Source: Shigella phage phi2457T. From it: a DNA stretch of 50,219 nucleotides. The translations under genes were made by a program, and so were the position numbers. The notes below the pieces were generated by a model, which saw nothing but the letters and a program-made list of their open reading frames with translations, was not told where the DNA came from and ran no database searches. The stretch lies in the sequence record MH917278; one strand, given 5' to 3'. Below are positions 26,171 through 35,526 of the stretch, one piece after another; position 1 is the stretch's first letter, and every line of letters starts with the position of its first letter.

Positions 26171-29100
26171 ATGATTCAAAAAGTGATAAGTGGATCTAAA
26201 GGTGGATCACAAAAGCCGCATAAGCCAGTTGAGATGGAAGATAATCTAATCTCAATCAACAAAATCAAGATTCTTCTGGCAGTATCTGATGGCGAGGTTG
26301 ACGAAACATTCAACCTTAAGCAACTGATGTTTAACTCAGTCCCGGTGCAAAACGAGGATGGCTCTTTTAACTTTGAGGGCGTAACAGCAGAGTTCAGGCC
26401 GGGTACGCAGACTCAGGAATACATTAAGGGCATGGAGGATAGCTCCAGCGAGGTAACTGTAAACCGTGAGATTACTACCGATAATCCATACACGATCTCA
26501 GTAACCAACAAGACGCTGTCGGCAATCCGTATTAAAATGTTCATGCCTCGCGGCGTACGCATTGAAAGCAACGGCGATAAAAACGGCGTTCGCGTTGAGT
26601 ACGAAGTGCAGCAAGCGGTTGATAGTGGTTCGTTTGAGACTATTCTTACTGACGTAATCGAAGGCAAAACAATGTCAGGTTACGATCGAAGCCGTCGTGT
26701 AAACCTGCCAAACTTCAATAACCAGGTTATATTCAGGATTGTTCGAAAGACTCCAGATTCTGATAATTCAAACGTTGTTGATGCGATTCAGGTAAAGAGC
26801 TATGCCGAGGTGATTGATGCCAAATTCCGTTACCCTCTGACAGGTCTTCTTTTCGTAGAGTTCGACTCGAAGATGTTCCCAAACCAGTTACCTACGATCT
26901 CAATTCGTAAGCGATGGAAGATTATAAACGTTCCGTCAAACTACGATCCGGAATCACGAACTTATAACGGAAATTGGGATGGCACTTTTAAGAAGGCGTG
27001 GACTAATAATCCGGCTTGGGTTCTTTATGACTTGATGATTAATCAGCGTTACGGACTGGATCAGAAAGAGCTTGGAATATCTGTCGATAAATGGGCGCTA
27101 TATGAGGCGGCGCAATATTGCGACCAGATGGTTCCTGACGGGAAAGGCGGTACGGAGCCTCGCTACCTTTGCGACGTGATAATTCAGTCACAGACTGATG
27201 CGTACAAGGTGATTCGAGACATTTGCTCAATCTTCCGTGGTATGAGCTTCTGGAATGGCGAAAGCATCTCGGTAATCATCGACAGACCGCGTGAGCCTGC
27301 TTACATCTTCACTAACGACAACGTTGTTAATGGTGACTTCTCCTATACGTTCGCAAGCGAAAAGAGTATGTACACGACGTGTAACGTGATGTTTGACGAC
27401 GAGCAAAACATGTATCAACAGGACGTTGAGCCAGTATTCGATCGTGAGGCGACTCTGCGGTTCGGTAATAACGTAACCAGCATTACAGCGATCGGTTGCA
27501 CACGTCGAAGCGAGGCCAACCGACGTGGGAGATGGATTCTGAAAACCAACCTCCGCAGCACTACGGTAAACTTCGCTACCGGTCTTGAGGGTATGATCCC
27601 GACAATCGGAGATGTTGTGGCAATAGCTGATAACTTCTGGTCAAGTAACTTGACGATGAACCTATCAGGGCGCTTGCTCGAAGTGTCTGGAAGTCAGATT
27701 TTCTTGCCGTTCCGGGTGGATGCACGCGCGGGTGACTTTATTATCGTAAATAAGCCAGATGGCAAGCCCGTGAAGCGCACAATCTCAAGTGTTAGTGCGG
27801 ATGGTAAGACTATAGAGGTTAACATTGGCTTTGGCTTTCCTGTGAAGCCTAACACGGTATTCGCTATCGACCGCACAGACATTGCGTTACAGCAGTACGT
27901 CGTGACAAAAATCGATAAGGGTGATGACGATGAGGAATTTACCTACAAGATTACTGCGGTTGAGTACGATCCTAACAAGTACGATGAGATTGATTACGGT
28001 GTTAACATAGACGACAGACCGACGAGTATCGTTGAACCAGACCAGATCCCTAGACCGGAAAACGTGCAAGTGTCATCTGAGTCACGAATCGTCCAGGGGA
28101 TGAGCGTAGAGACGATGATTGTAAGCTGGGATAAAGTGCCGTACGCAGTTTTCTATGATGTTCAGTGGAGAAAGGATAACGGCAACTGGCAAAATGTACC
28201 ACAGACAGCAAACAAAGAGGTATACGTTGAAGGTATTTACGCTGGCAACTATCAGGTTCGCGTTCGCTCCGTAGCTGGTTCCGGTACGACTTCAGGATGG
28301 TCAAATATCGTAGCTGCGACGCTGACGGGCAAACAAGGTGAGCCGGGTCGACCGATTAACCTTACAGCTACGGATGATGTTGTTTTTGGTATCCGTACAA
28401 AATGGGGGTTCTCTGATGGTTCTGGAGATACGGCCTATACAGAGTTGCAACAGTCACCGGATGGAACGGTTGACAATGCGAGTTTACTCTCTCTGATCCC
28501 GTATCCGCAGCATGAGTATTATCATTCACCGATGCCGGGCGGGAATATTGTGTGGTATCGGGTAAGGACGGTTGATAGGATCGGTAACGTGTCTCAGTGG
28601 ACTGATTTTGTCAGAGGTATGGCATCAACAAACGTTGACGATATCATTGGGGAGATTTCTGTCGATATCGAAAACTCGCCTGGTTACGAGTGGCTTGTTG
28701 ATAACGCAACCGACAACGCGGCGCAGAACGCAGCTAACGCAGAGGCAGCAATAGAAAACGCGCTCGCCAATGACAAAGACGCGATCTATATGAAGAAGGA
28801 GAACGGAAAACGAAAGGCTGAGTACACGAAATCACTGAAACTTATTGCTGATGAGACGCAGGCACGAGTGACGGCGATCGAGCAATTGAAAGCAAGTTTT
28901 GGCGATCAGATTAGCGCAAGCAATAGTGAATTGCGTGAAGTTATCGCAACTGAGACAGGGGCGCTATCTCGTGAGATTGACCAACTCAAGGCAGAGATTG
29001 GTGATGATATTCAGGCAAGTTTGACCGATATCCGTGAAGCCATCGCGAACGAGACTGAGGCGAGAACGCAAGCTGACTTAACGTTAAGCGCGCAACTTGG

Positions 29101-29620
29101 GAATAACGAGGCAGCACTTTCTCAAAAACTTGACTCGTGGAGTAACGCCGATTCGACTGGTGCAATGTACGGCGTCAAGCTGGGCCTTAAGTATAATGGT
29201 CAGGAATACAGCGCAGGTATGGCTATGTCTCTGATTGGTTCTGGTGCGGCTGTTAAGGCTCAGATTCTTTTTGAGGCATCTCGATTTGCAATCATGACTG
29301 GCATGAACGGTCAGACTCAGTACCCATTCGTTGTTGAGAATGGCCAGGTTATTCTAAGTAGCGCGATCATCAAGGATGGCTTTATTACTAATGCCATGAT
29401 TGGAAACTGGATTCAATCTAACAATTGGGATGGGAATAATGGATGGGCCATAAACAAGAATGGCGACGCTTCATTCATGAATGCAACAGTGAGGGGTAGA
29501 ATTTACGCAAATAACGGAGAGTTTGCATTTAACGGAACAAATAACACGGTTCAGATAAACAATAACGGTATCACGGTCAACTTACCTAACGGGGGTCGAG
29601 TGGTTGTTGGTGTCTGGTAA
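26171..29620 (+). CDS. central tail fibre / host specificity protein (lambda gpJ-like)
   Basis: 1149 aa; position after I; FN3-like region and C-terminal coiled-coil with repeated units (ELREVIATETGA / TDIREAIANETEA). Confidence 0.85.
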   Translation: MIQKVISGSKGGSQKPHKPVEMEDNLISINKIKILLAVSDGEVDETFNLKQLMFNSVPVQNEDGSFNFEGVTAEFRPGTQTQEYIKGMEDSSSEVTVNREITTDNPYTISVTNKTLSAIRIKMFMPRGVRIESNGDKNGVRVEYEVQQAVDSGSFETILTDVIEGKTMSGYDRSRRVNLPNFNNQVIFRIVRKTPDSDNSNVVDAIQVKSYAEVIDAKFRYPLTGLLFVEFDSKMFPNQLPTISIRKRWKIINVPSNYDPESRTYNGNWDGTFKKAWTNNPAWVLYDLMINQRYGLDQKELGISVDKWALYEAAQYCDQMVPDGKGGTEPRYLCDVIIQSQTDAYKVIRDICSIFRGMSFWNGESISVIIDRPREPAYIFTNDNVVNGDFSYTFASEKSMYTTCNVMFDDEQNMYQQDVEPVFDREATLRFGNNVTSITAIGCTRRSEANRRGRWILKTNLRSTTVNFATGLEGMIPTIGDVVAIADNFWSSNLTMNLSGRLLEVSGSQIFLPFRVDARAGDFIIVNKPDGKPVKRTISSVSADGKTIEVNIGFGFPVKPNTVFAIDRTDIALQQYVVTKIDKGDDDEEFTYKITAVEYDPNKYDEIDYGVNIDDRPTSIVEPDQIPRPENVQVSSESRIVQGMSVETMIVSWDKVPYAVFYDVQWRKDNGNWQNVPQTANKEVYVEGIYAGNYQVRVRSVAGSGTTSGWSNIVAATLTGKQGEPGRPINLTATDDVVFGIRTKWGFSDGSGDTAYTELQQSPDGTVDNASLLSLIPYPQHEYYHSPMPGGNIVWYRVRTVDRIGNVSQWTDFVRGMASTNVDDIIGEISVDIENSPGYEWLVDNATDNAAQNAANAEAAIENALANDKDAIYMKKENGKRKAEYTKSLKLIADETQARVTAIEQLKASFGDQISASNSELREVIATETGALSREIDQLKAEIGDDIQASLTDIREAIANETEARTQADLTLSAQLGNNEAALSQKLDSWSNADSTGAMYGVKLGLKYNGQEYSAGMAMSLIGSGAAVKAQILFEASRFAIMTGMNGQTQYPFVVENGQVILSSAIIKDGFITNAMIGNWIQSNNWDGNNGWAINKNGDASFMNATVRGRIYANNGEFAFNGTNNTVQINNNGITVNLPNGGRVVVGVW

Positions 29621-29624
29621 CAGA

Positions 29625-29650
29625 AAGGGGCCGATTGGCCCCTTTTTTTA
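29625..29650. terminator. bidirectional terminator between convergent genes
   Basis: Hairpin ggggccgattggcccc flanked by A-run and T7. Confidence 0.65.
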
Positions 29651-30613
29651 ATACATGTTCGGAGTGAAAGGAATTGGCATTGAAATGTTTATATTGAAGG
29701 GGAATTGCGCTCCGCTTTGGGTGGAATAATTACCTACTCTTGTTCCTGGGGCGCTTCTCACGTTACCTCCGCTCATACACACGCCCTTGTATCGAATGTT
29801 ATTATATCCACCTGTAACTCTGCATATCGTACCTGTTCTTAGTATTGGGAAAAATCCACCACACCACTGCCACCCGTCATTTATCGCCATAGTCCCGCCG
29901 AGAACGAAGGGGCGTCTAACGCTTGAGAAGACGATCTGACCAGCAGGATTACTCATGGTTATTCCTGGCCCTGGGGGTGGTGGAGTGTTATTAAATATTA
30001 CGAGTTGCACGTATACGCTAGCGCCAACGTCATCAATCCCGTTATAGTTTGCATCCCTGCACCATATTGTATTGCCGTCAGATTCAAGTGTTACGTTTGG
30101 ATTATCCCACATACCGAAAGGAACGCCCTGCACTGGCAACTGAGCCTGACCGTTAACCTGAATCCCCCCAACAAATGCAGCGCTCATCAATCTGGCGTTA
30201 TTCGGTATAGCTGCGAAGTTCGTTGAATCGTTAACAAGTATCCCCTGATTTCCAGCCTGAGCGGGGAGGATTTCGTAGCAGTTTCCATAAAATCTCATCC
30301 TCCTTCCACCGTGCCCGTTAAAATTACCTACCGTTATTCGTCCGGTTGAATCATTTACCTTCTGAAAACTAGTCAAATAATACACCTCCGGGATGTAATC
30401 CATATCGTCTATGTAGATAGCCTGAGATGGAAGGCAAAAAGCGGTAGATCCTGGACTCATTTGCAGACCAAAATCAAAAACCGATCCAGATGAATCAACC
30501 CCGTCAGCCTGTATAGGTCCACACCATGACGGGGCGCGAAGCCCTGAAGTTATCTCCATTGCCGGGCGACCGTCGTTTAGGTTTATATATATTCCTTGCC
30601 CCATAATTACCAC
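29648..30613 (-). CDS. putative receptor-binding protein (T5 pb5-like role, inferred)
   Basis: 321 aa Gly/Asn-rich beta-type protein co-transcribed downstream of a lipoprotein gene, convergent with J; inference from arrangement. Confidence 0.4.
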   Translation of the reverse strand: MVIMGQGIYINLNDGRPAMEITSGLRAPSWCGPIQADGVDSSGSVFDFGLQMSPGSTAFCLPSQAIYIDDMDYIPEVYYLTSFQKVNDSTGRITVGNFNGHGGRRMRFYGNCYEILPAQAGNQGILVNDSTNFAAIPNNARLMSAAFVGGIQVNGQAQLPVQGVPFGMWDNPNVTLESDGNTIWCRDANYNGIDDVGASVYVQLVIFNNTPPPPGPGITMSNPAGQIVFSSVRRPFVLGGTMAINDGWQWCGGFFPILRTGTICRVTGGYNNIRYKGVCMSGGNVRSAPGTRVGNYSTQSGAQFPFNINISMPIPFTPNMY

Positions 30614-30837
30614 TCTTTAGTTTTGATTGACACCTTGCCGCTAAAGTTGCCCTGATCGTCGTCGGATGACAGACCTTTGAATCGCATATCAATTTCGCCA
30701 GCAGGAACCTTTTGACCATCAACGAATCGCATCATGCAAGAACCGTATGCGTAAGTAACGCAGTCGCCATTTTTAAGATTCTGAGCACAACCAGTCAGGA
30801 TGAATGCCGCAGCGATAATGGTGATTAACTTTTTCAT
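30607..30837 (-). CDS. superinfection-exclusion lipoprotein (Cor/Llp-like)
   Basis: 76 aa; signal peptide MKKLITIIAAAFILTGC with lipobox LTGC; adjacent to putative receptor-binding gene. Confidence 0.6.
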   Translation of the reverse strand: MKKLITIIAAAFILTGCAQNLKNGDCVTYAYGSCMMRFVDGQKVPAGEIDMRFKGLSSDDDQGNFSGKVSIKTKEW

Positions 30838-30915
30838 TTGTATGTCCTCGTCGTTAGTGTGATTTCATTGTATGTCGCATTTACTTTTATTGCAATAGCG
30901 CGATTACAATTTTTT

Positions 30916-31259
30916 CGTGTAACAGGTGTCTATTTTTGTAACCGAAACGGGTGTTACAAAATCAACCCCATCCGACCGCAGGTGGATATGATAAAAACTC
31001 TATATAATATATATAGATAGATAATATTTAATTTTAGCTTTATATATATAATTATTGTTGTGTAACAGTTGTATATCGTGTAACAGGTGATTTGATTGAT
31101 TCGTCAAATTTCTATCATATTTGTTCAAAATATAATCAATCTTGATTCTATTCATGGATATCTTTGTATTTCTAAGAAAAAGCGGTTACAAGTATTACGC
31201 AATAGACACAACATAAAAACAGGATTAAGTAATTGATTCCGTTGGCGCTGGTTGTAACT
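30916..31259. repeat. iteron-like cluster of TGTAAC/GTTACA repeats (candidate origin or regulatory hub)
   Basis: cgtgtaacaggtg at 30916 and 31077; tgtaacag 31061; ttgtaacc 30937; gtgttacaa 30951; ggttacaag 31184; gttgtaact 31251; includes AT-rich tract 30996-31057. Confidence 0.5.
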
Positions 31260-31363
31260 TGAGCGATATAGACACGCAATTACACACCAATTACATGTAT
31301 TCGATTGACTAAACGCTGTTAATGGCTATAATGGATTCATCGTAAACGAGGGAGATAAACGAA

Positions 31364-32428
31364 ATGTTCCAGGTATTCACATCAAGTCAGCTTTCTAATG
31401 ACGAGTATCATAGCAACGAAGGTTGGGCGGCAGAGTATGTAAGCGGTTCTAGCCTTGCAGAAATTTATCAGACTTGCCCGGCTAACTGGCGATTCAAGAA
31501 GAACGAGACTACTAAAGCGCTGGATTTCGGCACTCAGTCGCACACTAACTTTGAGAGTCGAGATCTGTTTACTGCAACGTATGCGCGTTGTCCTGCTCCG
31601 TCAGAGTTTAAAGATCTTATTACTTCGCAAACGGCACTGGCAGCAAAATTAAAATCTTTTGGCCTGAAAGGCACATCCGGTAAGCAGTACCCTGACCTCA
31701 TCAAAATGATGGTTGATTGCGGTGAAGATCTCAATGTTCAATATCTTATTGAACTGATTGCTGAAGCTGAGGCGCGCGCTGAAGGAAAGCAACTGGTTGA
31801 CGCTGATAAATATGATGCCTGTATGAAGATGAGGGCCATTCTTGAGCAAAACCCAGATCATGAAGCGTGCATCAATAGCGAAACTGCGCAGCGTGAGATC
31901 TCAATTTTCGGTGAGATATCCGGCGTCAAGGTTAAGGTTCGACTTGACCATTTGGACTACAAAGAGAATGTTCCAGGTCGTGTGCTGACTGGTTATGATG
32001 AGAATGGCGATCCGGTATTTGAAGACGTGATTTTTCCTGAAGCTCTGATTATCACTGACTTCAAAACCACGATGAGCGCCAACCCGTTAGAGTTCCCGAG
32101 ACTGGCATACAATCACGGGTATTATCTTAAAATGGCCTTACAGCATGACCTATTGCGGCGTGCAATTCAGGCTGGAGCATTTGAAGGAAACTTCCCGGAA
32201 GATATTCCGATCGTAGTTCGATTGCTGGCACAGGAGAAAAAGGAACCTTACATTGCCCTTGCTTACCGCATGACTATGGAGCAAATCAGAATAGGTCGCA
32301 ATCAGTATATTAGCGTGGTCCACACTTATAAGGCTTGCTCTGAGATGGACGTTTGGCCAGGATATGCTGGCGACGCAAGCGAGATCGAACTTGAAACGCC
32401 GTCATGGGTACGATATCAAAACAAGTAA
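31364..32428 (+). CDS. putative recombination exonuclease (PD-(D/E)XK-like)
   Basis: 354 aa directly upstream of ERF and SSB genes; motif IITDFKTT consistent with D-x-K nuclease signature; assignment tentative. Confidence 0.45.
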   Translation: MFQVFTSSQLSNDEYHSNEGWAAEYVSGSSLAEIYQTCPANWRFKKNETTKALDFGTQSHTNFESRDLFTATYARCPAPSEFKDLITSQTALAAKLKSFGLKGTSGKQYPDLIKMMVDCGEDLNVQYLIELIAEAEARAEGKQLVDADKYDACMKMRAILEQNPDHEACINSETAQREISIFGEISGVKVKVRLDHLDYKENVPGRVLTGYDENGDPVFEDVIFPEALIITDFKTTMSANPLEFPRLAYNHGYYLKMALQHDLLRRAIQAGAFEGNFPEDIPIVVRLLAQEKKEPYIALAYRMTMEQIRIGRNQYISVVHTYKACSEMDVWPGYAGDASEIELETPSWVRYQNK

Positions 32429-32502
32429 ACGGCACAAATAGCTAAACAAATAATTAATGAGGTGTTATAATGCACCTCATACACCAATCAGGAGAAGTTA
32501 AG

Positions 32503-33150
32503 ATGCAATTATCACCGGAAACAAACGAAATCCTCCCAGCACTGTTTAATGCTCGCAATAAATTCGCGAAGGCAAAGAAGGACGCCAAAAACAATCACCT
32601 GAAGAACTCATACGCAACTCTTGATGCGATGATGGCGGCAGTTAGCCCAGCGTTAACCGATAACGATATCATGATCCTGCAATCAATGCTGGATACCAGT
32701 ACAGAAACGACTTTCCATCTTGAAACTATGCTGATTCACAAATCAGGGCAGTGGGCCAAATTCTTCATGATGATGCCGATTGCAAAACGCGATCCTCAAG
32801 GTGTAGGTTCCGCAATGACTTATGCTCGACGCTACTCTCTCGCTGCGGCGCTTGGTATTAGTCAGAGTGACGACGATGCGCAGCTTGCAGTGAAATCCGT
32901 CAAGGACTGGAAAAAAGAACTTGATGCGTGCGAAGATATCGAATCACTGAAGGATGTATGGGCCAGCGCCTACCGTCAGACTGACACAGCGAGCAAATCA
33001 ATAATTCAGGATCATTACAACGCACTGAAGGCGAAGTTTGAGATCGGCAAGGCTCGCGGCATTCGCCCGGCGCAACCGGAACAGAAAAAACAGGTTGAAG
33101 CAACGAGCGCGAAACCTGTACAATCTCAATCAATCACCAACTTTGAATAA
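32503..33150 (+). CDS. ERF-family single-strand annealing protein
   Basis: Internal ATG after leader accaatcaggagaag; N-terminal region (LPALFNARNKFAKAKKDAKNNHLKNSYATLDAMM) resembles ERF recombinases; adjacent to SSB. Confidence 0.6.
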   Translation: MQLSPETNEILPALFNARNKFAKAKKDAKNNHLKNSYATLDAMMAAVSPALTDNDIMILQSMLDTSTETTFHLETMLIHKSGQWAKFFMMMPIAKRDPQGVGSAMTYARRYSLAAALGISQSDDDAQLAVKSVKDWKKELDACEDIESLKDVWASAYRQTDTASKSIIQDHYNALKAKFEIGKARGIRPAQPEQKKQVEATSAKPVQSQSITNFE

Positions 33151-33196
33151 CAATGCGGGCGGCTTCGGTCGCCCATAAATTTTAGGAGAGAAAATC

Positions 33197-33610
33197 ATGC
33201 ATATTATTACTGGCGAGATCCGAAAAGAACCTAAGATTCTTGAACGTAACGGAGGGAATACTTATATAATCGAACTGGCAGAGAGCTACAAGCCTCGAGA
33301 TGGAGATCGAGAATACACCAACTACACATTCTTTTTTAGCGACGGTGGAAAGCCTGGCCTTGCTGACTGGTATCGTGAAGCGTTCCAGGTTGGTCGCGTC
33401 GTATCAGTATCATGCGAGACGTTGAAGATCTCATCACGTGAACACAATGGAACGGTTTACAATTCATTGCAGGCCGCTGACTTCCCGAAGTTGGTATTTA
33501 GTCAACGAGGACAAAGCAATCAACAACGATCACCGCAGCAACAACAGCGAACGCAATCACAACCACAGCCAAATCCTCAATCAACTTTCGATGATGATAT
33601 CCCGTTCTAA
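33197..33610 (+). CDS. ssb: single-stranded DNA-binding protein
   Basis: 137 aa, Gln/Pro-rich linker and acidic C-terminal tail FDDDIPF typical of SSB. Confidence 0.8.
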   Translation: MHIITGEIRKEPKILERNGGNTYIIELAESYKPRDGDREYTNYTFFFSDGGKPGLADWYREAFQVGRVVSVSCETLKISSREHNGTVYNSLQAADFPKLVFSQRGQSNQQRSPQQQQRTQSQPQPNPQSTFDDDIPF

Positions 33611-33612
33611 CA

Positions 33613-33640
33613 AAAATCCCCGCAATGCGGGGATTTTATC
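33613..33640. terminator. bidirectional terminator
   Basis: Hairpin atccccgcaatgcggggat flanked by A-run and T-run, between convergent genes. Confidence 0.65.
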
Positions 33641-35423
33641 ATTTGGACTTCAACATTTTTATCTCTTCTTGTAACTCTTCAACTTTCTTTATTGTATCCT
33701 GTAAAGCTCTCATAGTGTCAAGCAATAAAGGAGTTGTATCAAGCTCAAGCCTTTCAACTTTTGGCCCGTTTAGCTCGTGGCTCTCATACATCCTTCTCTT
33801 AACATATAGATTGTCGATCTCTTCTATCTCCTGAGCTATGACACCTCGCCTTACCCTTTCTTGCTCATCATCGTTAAAGATAAAGTTCCTAAATCTCATT
33901 GATTTTATGTTGTTGTATGCAATGCTTGATTCATCATCCTTTATGCTGTGCTTTATATTTCTGTCAGATGCCGGAATCTGTTGGAAACTTCCAGCCCCTT
34001 GCGGTCCAGCGTAAGATATTTGCCCTGAAGCCATAAACCTGAAATGCATTTGCAAACCAATATTGCCTGCCCCATCCCTATCTTGAGCACCTACTGATAT
34101 TTGTGCCCTGGGCCATTCAGGATTGCCCGTAGTCATCATGCCAAAAGCTACGCCGCCAACATACCCTTGACCCCTTGTATCACACGATCCAGCAATAAGT
34201 GATTGATAGTTTTCAGCGCCACTATCGGCAGTGTAAGCATTACCCTGGAAGCATGAAGCAGACCACATCTGGTTGTAACCCATAGATGTTTTCTGGCATA
34301 AAAACTGATTAGCTCTAAATCTATTGTTAGTCTCGAAGTAGTTTGCCCCTTCATAAAATAATAAAGCCCCAGCATAACCATTATCGCTATGTTCTTTTCT
34401 GACGTAAATCCCTGGTGTGGATATTCCATCAGGTGACATAATCATCAATGATGACAATATGGACTGACTACCCCAATTAGAACCGTTCCATGAGTTCCTT
34501 CCTGCCCCTATAGCTCCCGTGGTGTTAACAGTAAGAAAGTTAACAGCATCATTTTCACCTAACCCAATATTTTTTCTTGACTCTTTTTTATCATCAAGAC
34601 CAGCTAGATTGCCATCCTTAGTTAAAAGATTTTCAGCATTGATGCTGTTAGCTGCGTCTTTTGCTTCTTGAGCACTTACCGCAGCAGCATCTTTTGAGCT
34701 TACCGCTTCGTCACGCGCTGCCTGAGCGTCGTTTTTTGCAGAGGTAGCCGTTTGTGCTGCCGTTTGAGCGTCATTAACGTAACCTGACAGATCGCCTTTC
34801 GCGTCATTAATTGCCTGAATCGCCGCCGCTTCTTCTGAGTCAATGTGAGTGATGGATGAATTTTCTTTTTGCTGCACATCGGTTATAGCCTGATCCTTAG
34901 CCGCATTGATGCTACCGACAGCACCGTCAACAATCTGTTGCGTCTGATTCTTGATTGAGTTAGTTTCATCGCGTGCAGCGTTGGCTGCGTCACGCGCTAA
35001 TTCAGCCTGATTTTGCGCAGCTTGAGAATCAGATTTCGCCTGATTCACATCAGCAACTATTTGCTCAAGTTTATTCATATCAAGCTGATTTATCAGGTCT
35101 ATAGCTTCCGCAATCTCAGTCTCTTTGCTTTGATAGTATCGCAGAGTCTCGGCGACGTTTTGAGCTAATCCGTTAACGGTTAGAGAGTCATTAAGTAGGA
35201 TCACATACTTACCGTCATCGGCAGTCTGACCATCAGTAGAGATAGCCTTTAATTCTGTATCACTAACGATATCGCTAATCACAGCCAGCTTAATTGGTTG
35301 CTCAAGGAACACGATAGTTGCACCTACGCGAATAAGAGCAAGCTGATCTTTCCATTTTGTATCGGTTCCGTGAACCGTTCCGTCTGCATCCATTGATGCA
35401 GTACCGCGTCTGTATAAAGCCAT
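33639..35423 (-). CDS. side tail fibre with C-terminal S74-type intramolecular chaperone domain
   Basis: 594 aa; Ala/Gln/Asp-rich coiled-coil repeats; C-terminal region SDRNIKHSIKDDESSIAYNNIKSMRFRNFIFND...RRGVIAQEIEEID matches the auto-cleaving chaperone-of-endosialidase domain. Confidence 0.75.
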   Translation of the reverse strand: MALYRRGTASMDADGTVHGTDTKWKDQLALIRVGATIVFLEQPIKLAVISDIVSDTELKAISTDGQTADDGKYVILLNDSLTVNGLAQNVAETLRYYQSKETEIAEAIDLINQLDMNKLEQIVADVNQAKSDSQAAQNQAELARDAANAARDETNSIKNQTQQIVDGAVGSINAAKDQAITDVQQKENSSITHIDSEEAAAIQAINDAKGDLSGYVNDAQTAAQTATSAKNDAQAARDEAVSSKDAAAVSAQEAKDAANSINAENLLTKDGNLAGLDDKKESRKNIGLGENDAVNFLTVNTTGAIGAGRNSWNGSNWGSQSILSSLMIMSPDGISTPGIYVRKEHSDNGYAGALLFYEGANYFETNNRFRANQFLCQKTSMGYNQMWSASCFQGNAYTADSGAENYQSLIAGSCDTRGQGYVGGVAFGMMTTGNPEWPRAQISVGAQDRDGAGNIGLQMHFRFMASGQISYAGPQGAGSFQQIPASDRNIKHSIKDDESSIAYNNIKSMRFRNFIFNDDEQERVRRGVIAQEIEEIDNLYVKRRMYESHELNGPKVERLELDTTPLLLDTMRALQDTIKKVEELQEEIKMLKSK

Positions 35424-35443
35424 AGCGTAAACTCCTTAAGTAA

Positions 35444-35462
35444 ATAGCACGAATTGCTAAAC
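35444..35462 (+). promoter_or_regulatory. conserved intergenic element copy within an extended inverted repeat
   Basis: atagcacgaattgctaaac followed 27 nt later by inverted half gtgctat; lies between two minus-strand genes. Confidence 0.4.
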
Positions 35463-35499
35463 ACAGATTTTATCATTGTGCTATTGGTCTTGCAACGGG

Positions 35500-35526
35500 C
35501 AATAAAAAACCGCCCGAAGGCGGTTA
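35500..35526 (-). terminator. rho-independent terminator (minus strand)
   Basis: Hairpin accgcccgaaggcggt with A6 on plus strand (T6 on minus) after the primase-like gene. Confidence 0.6.
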
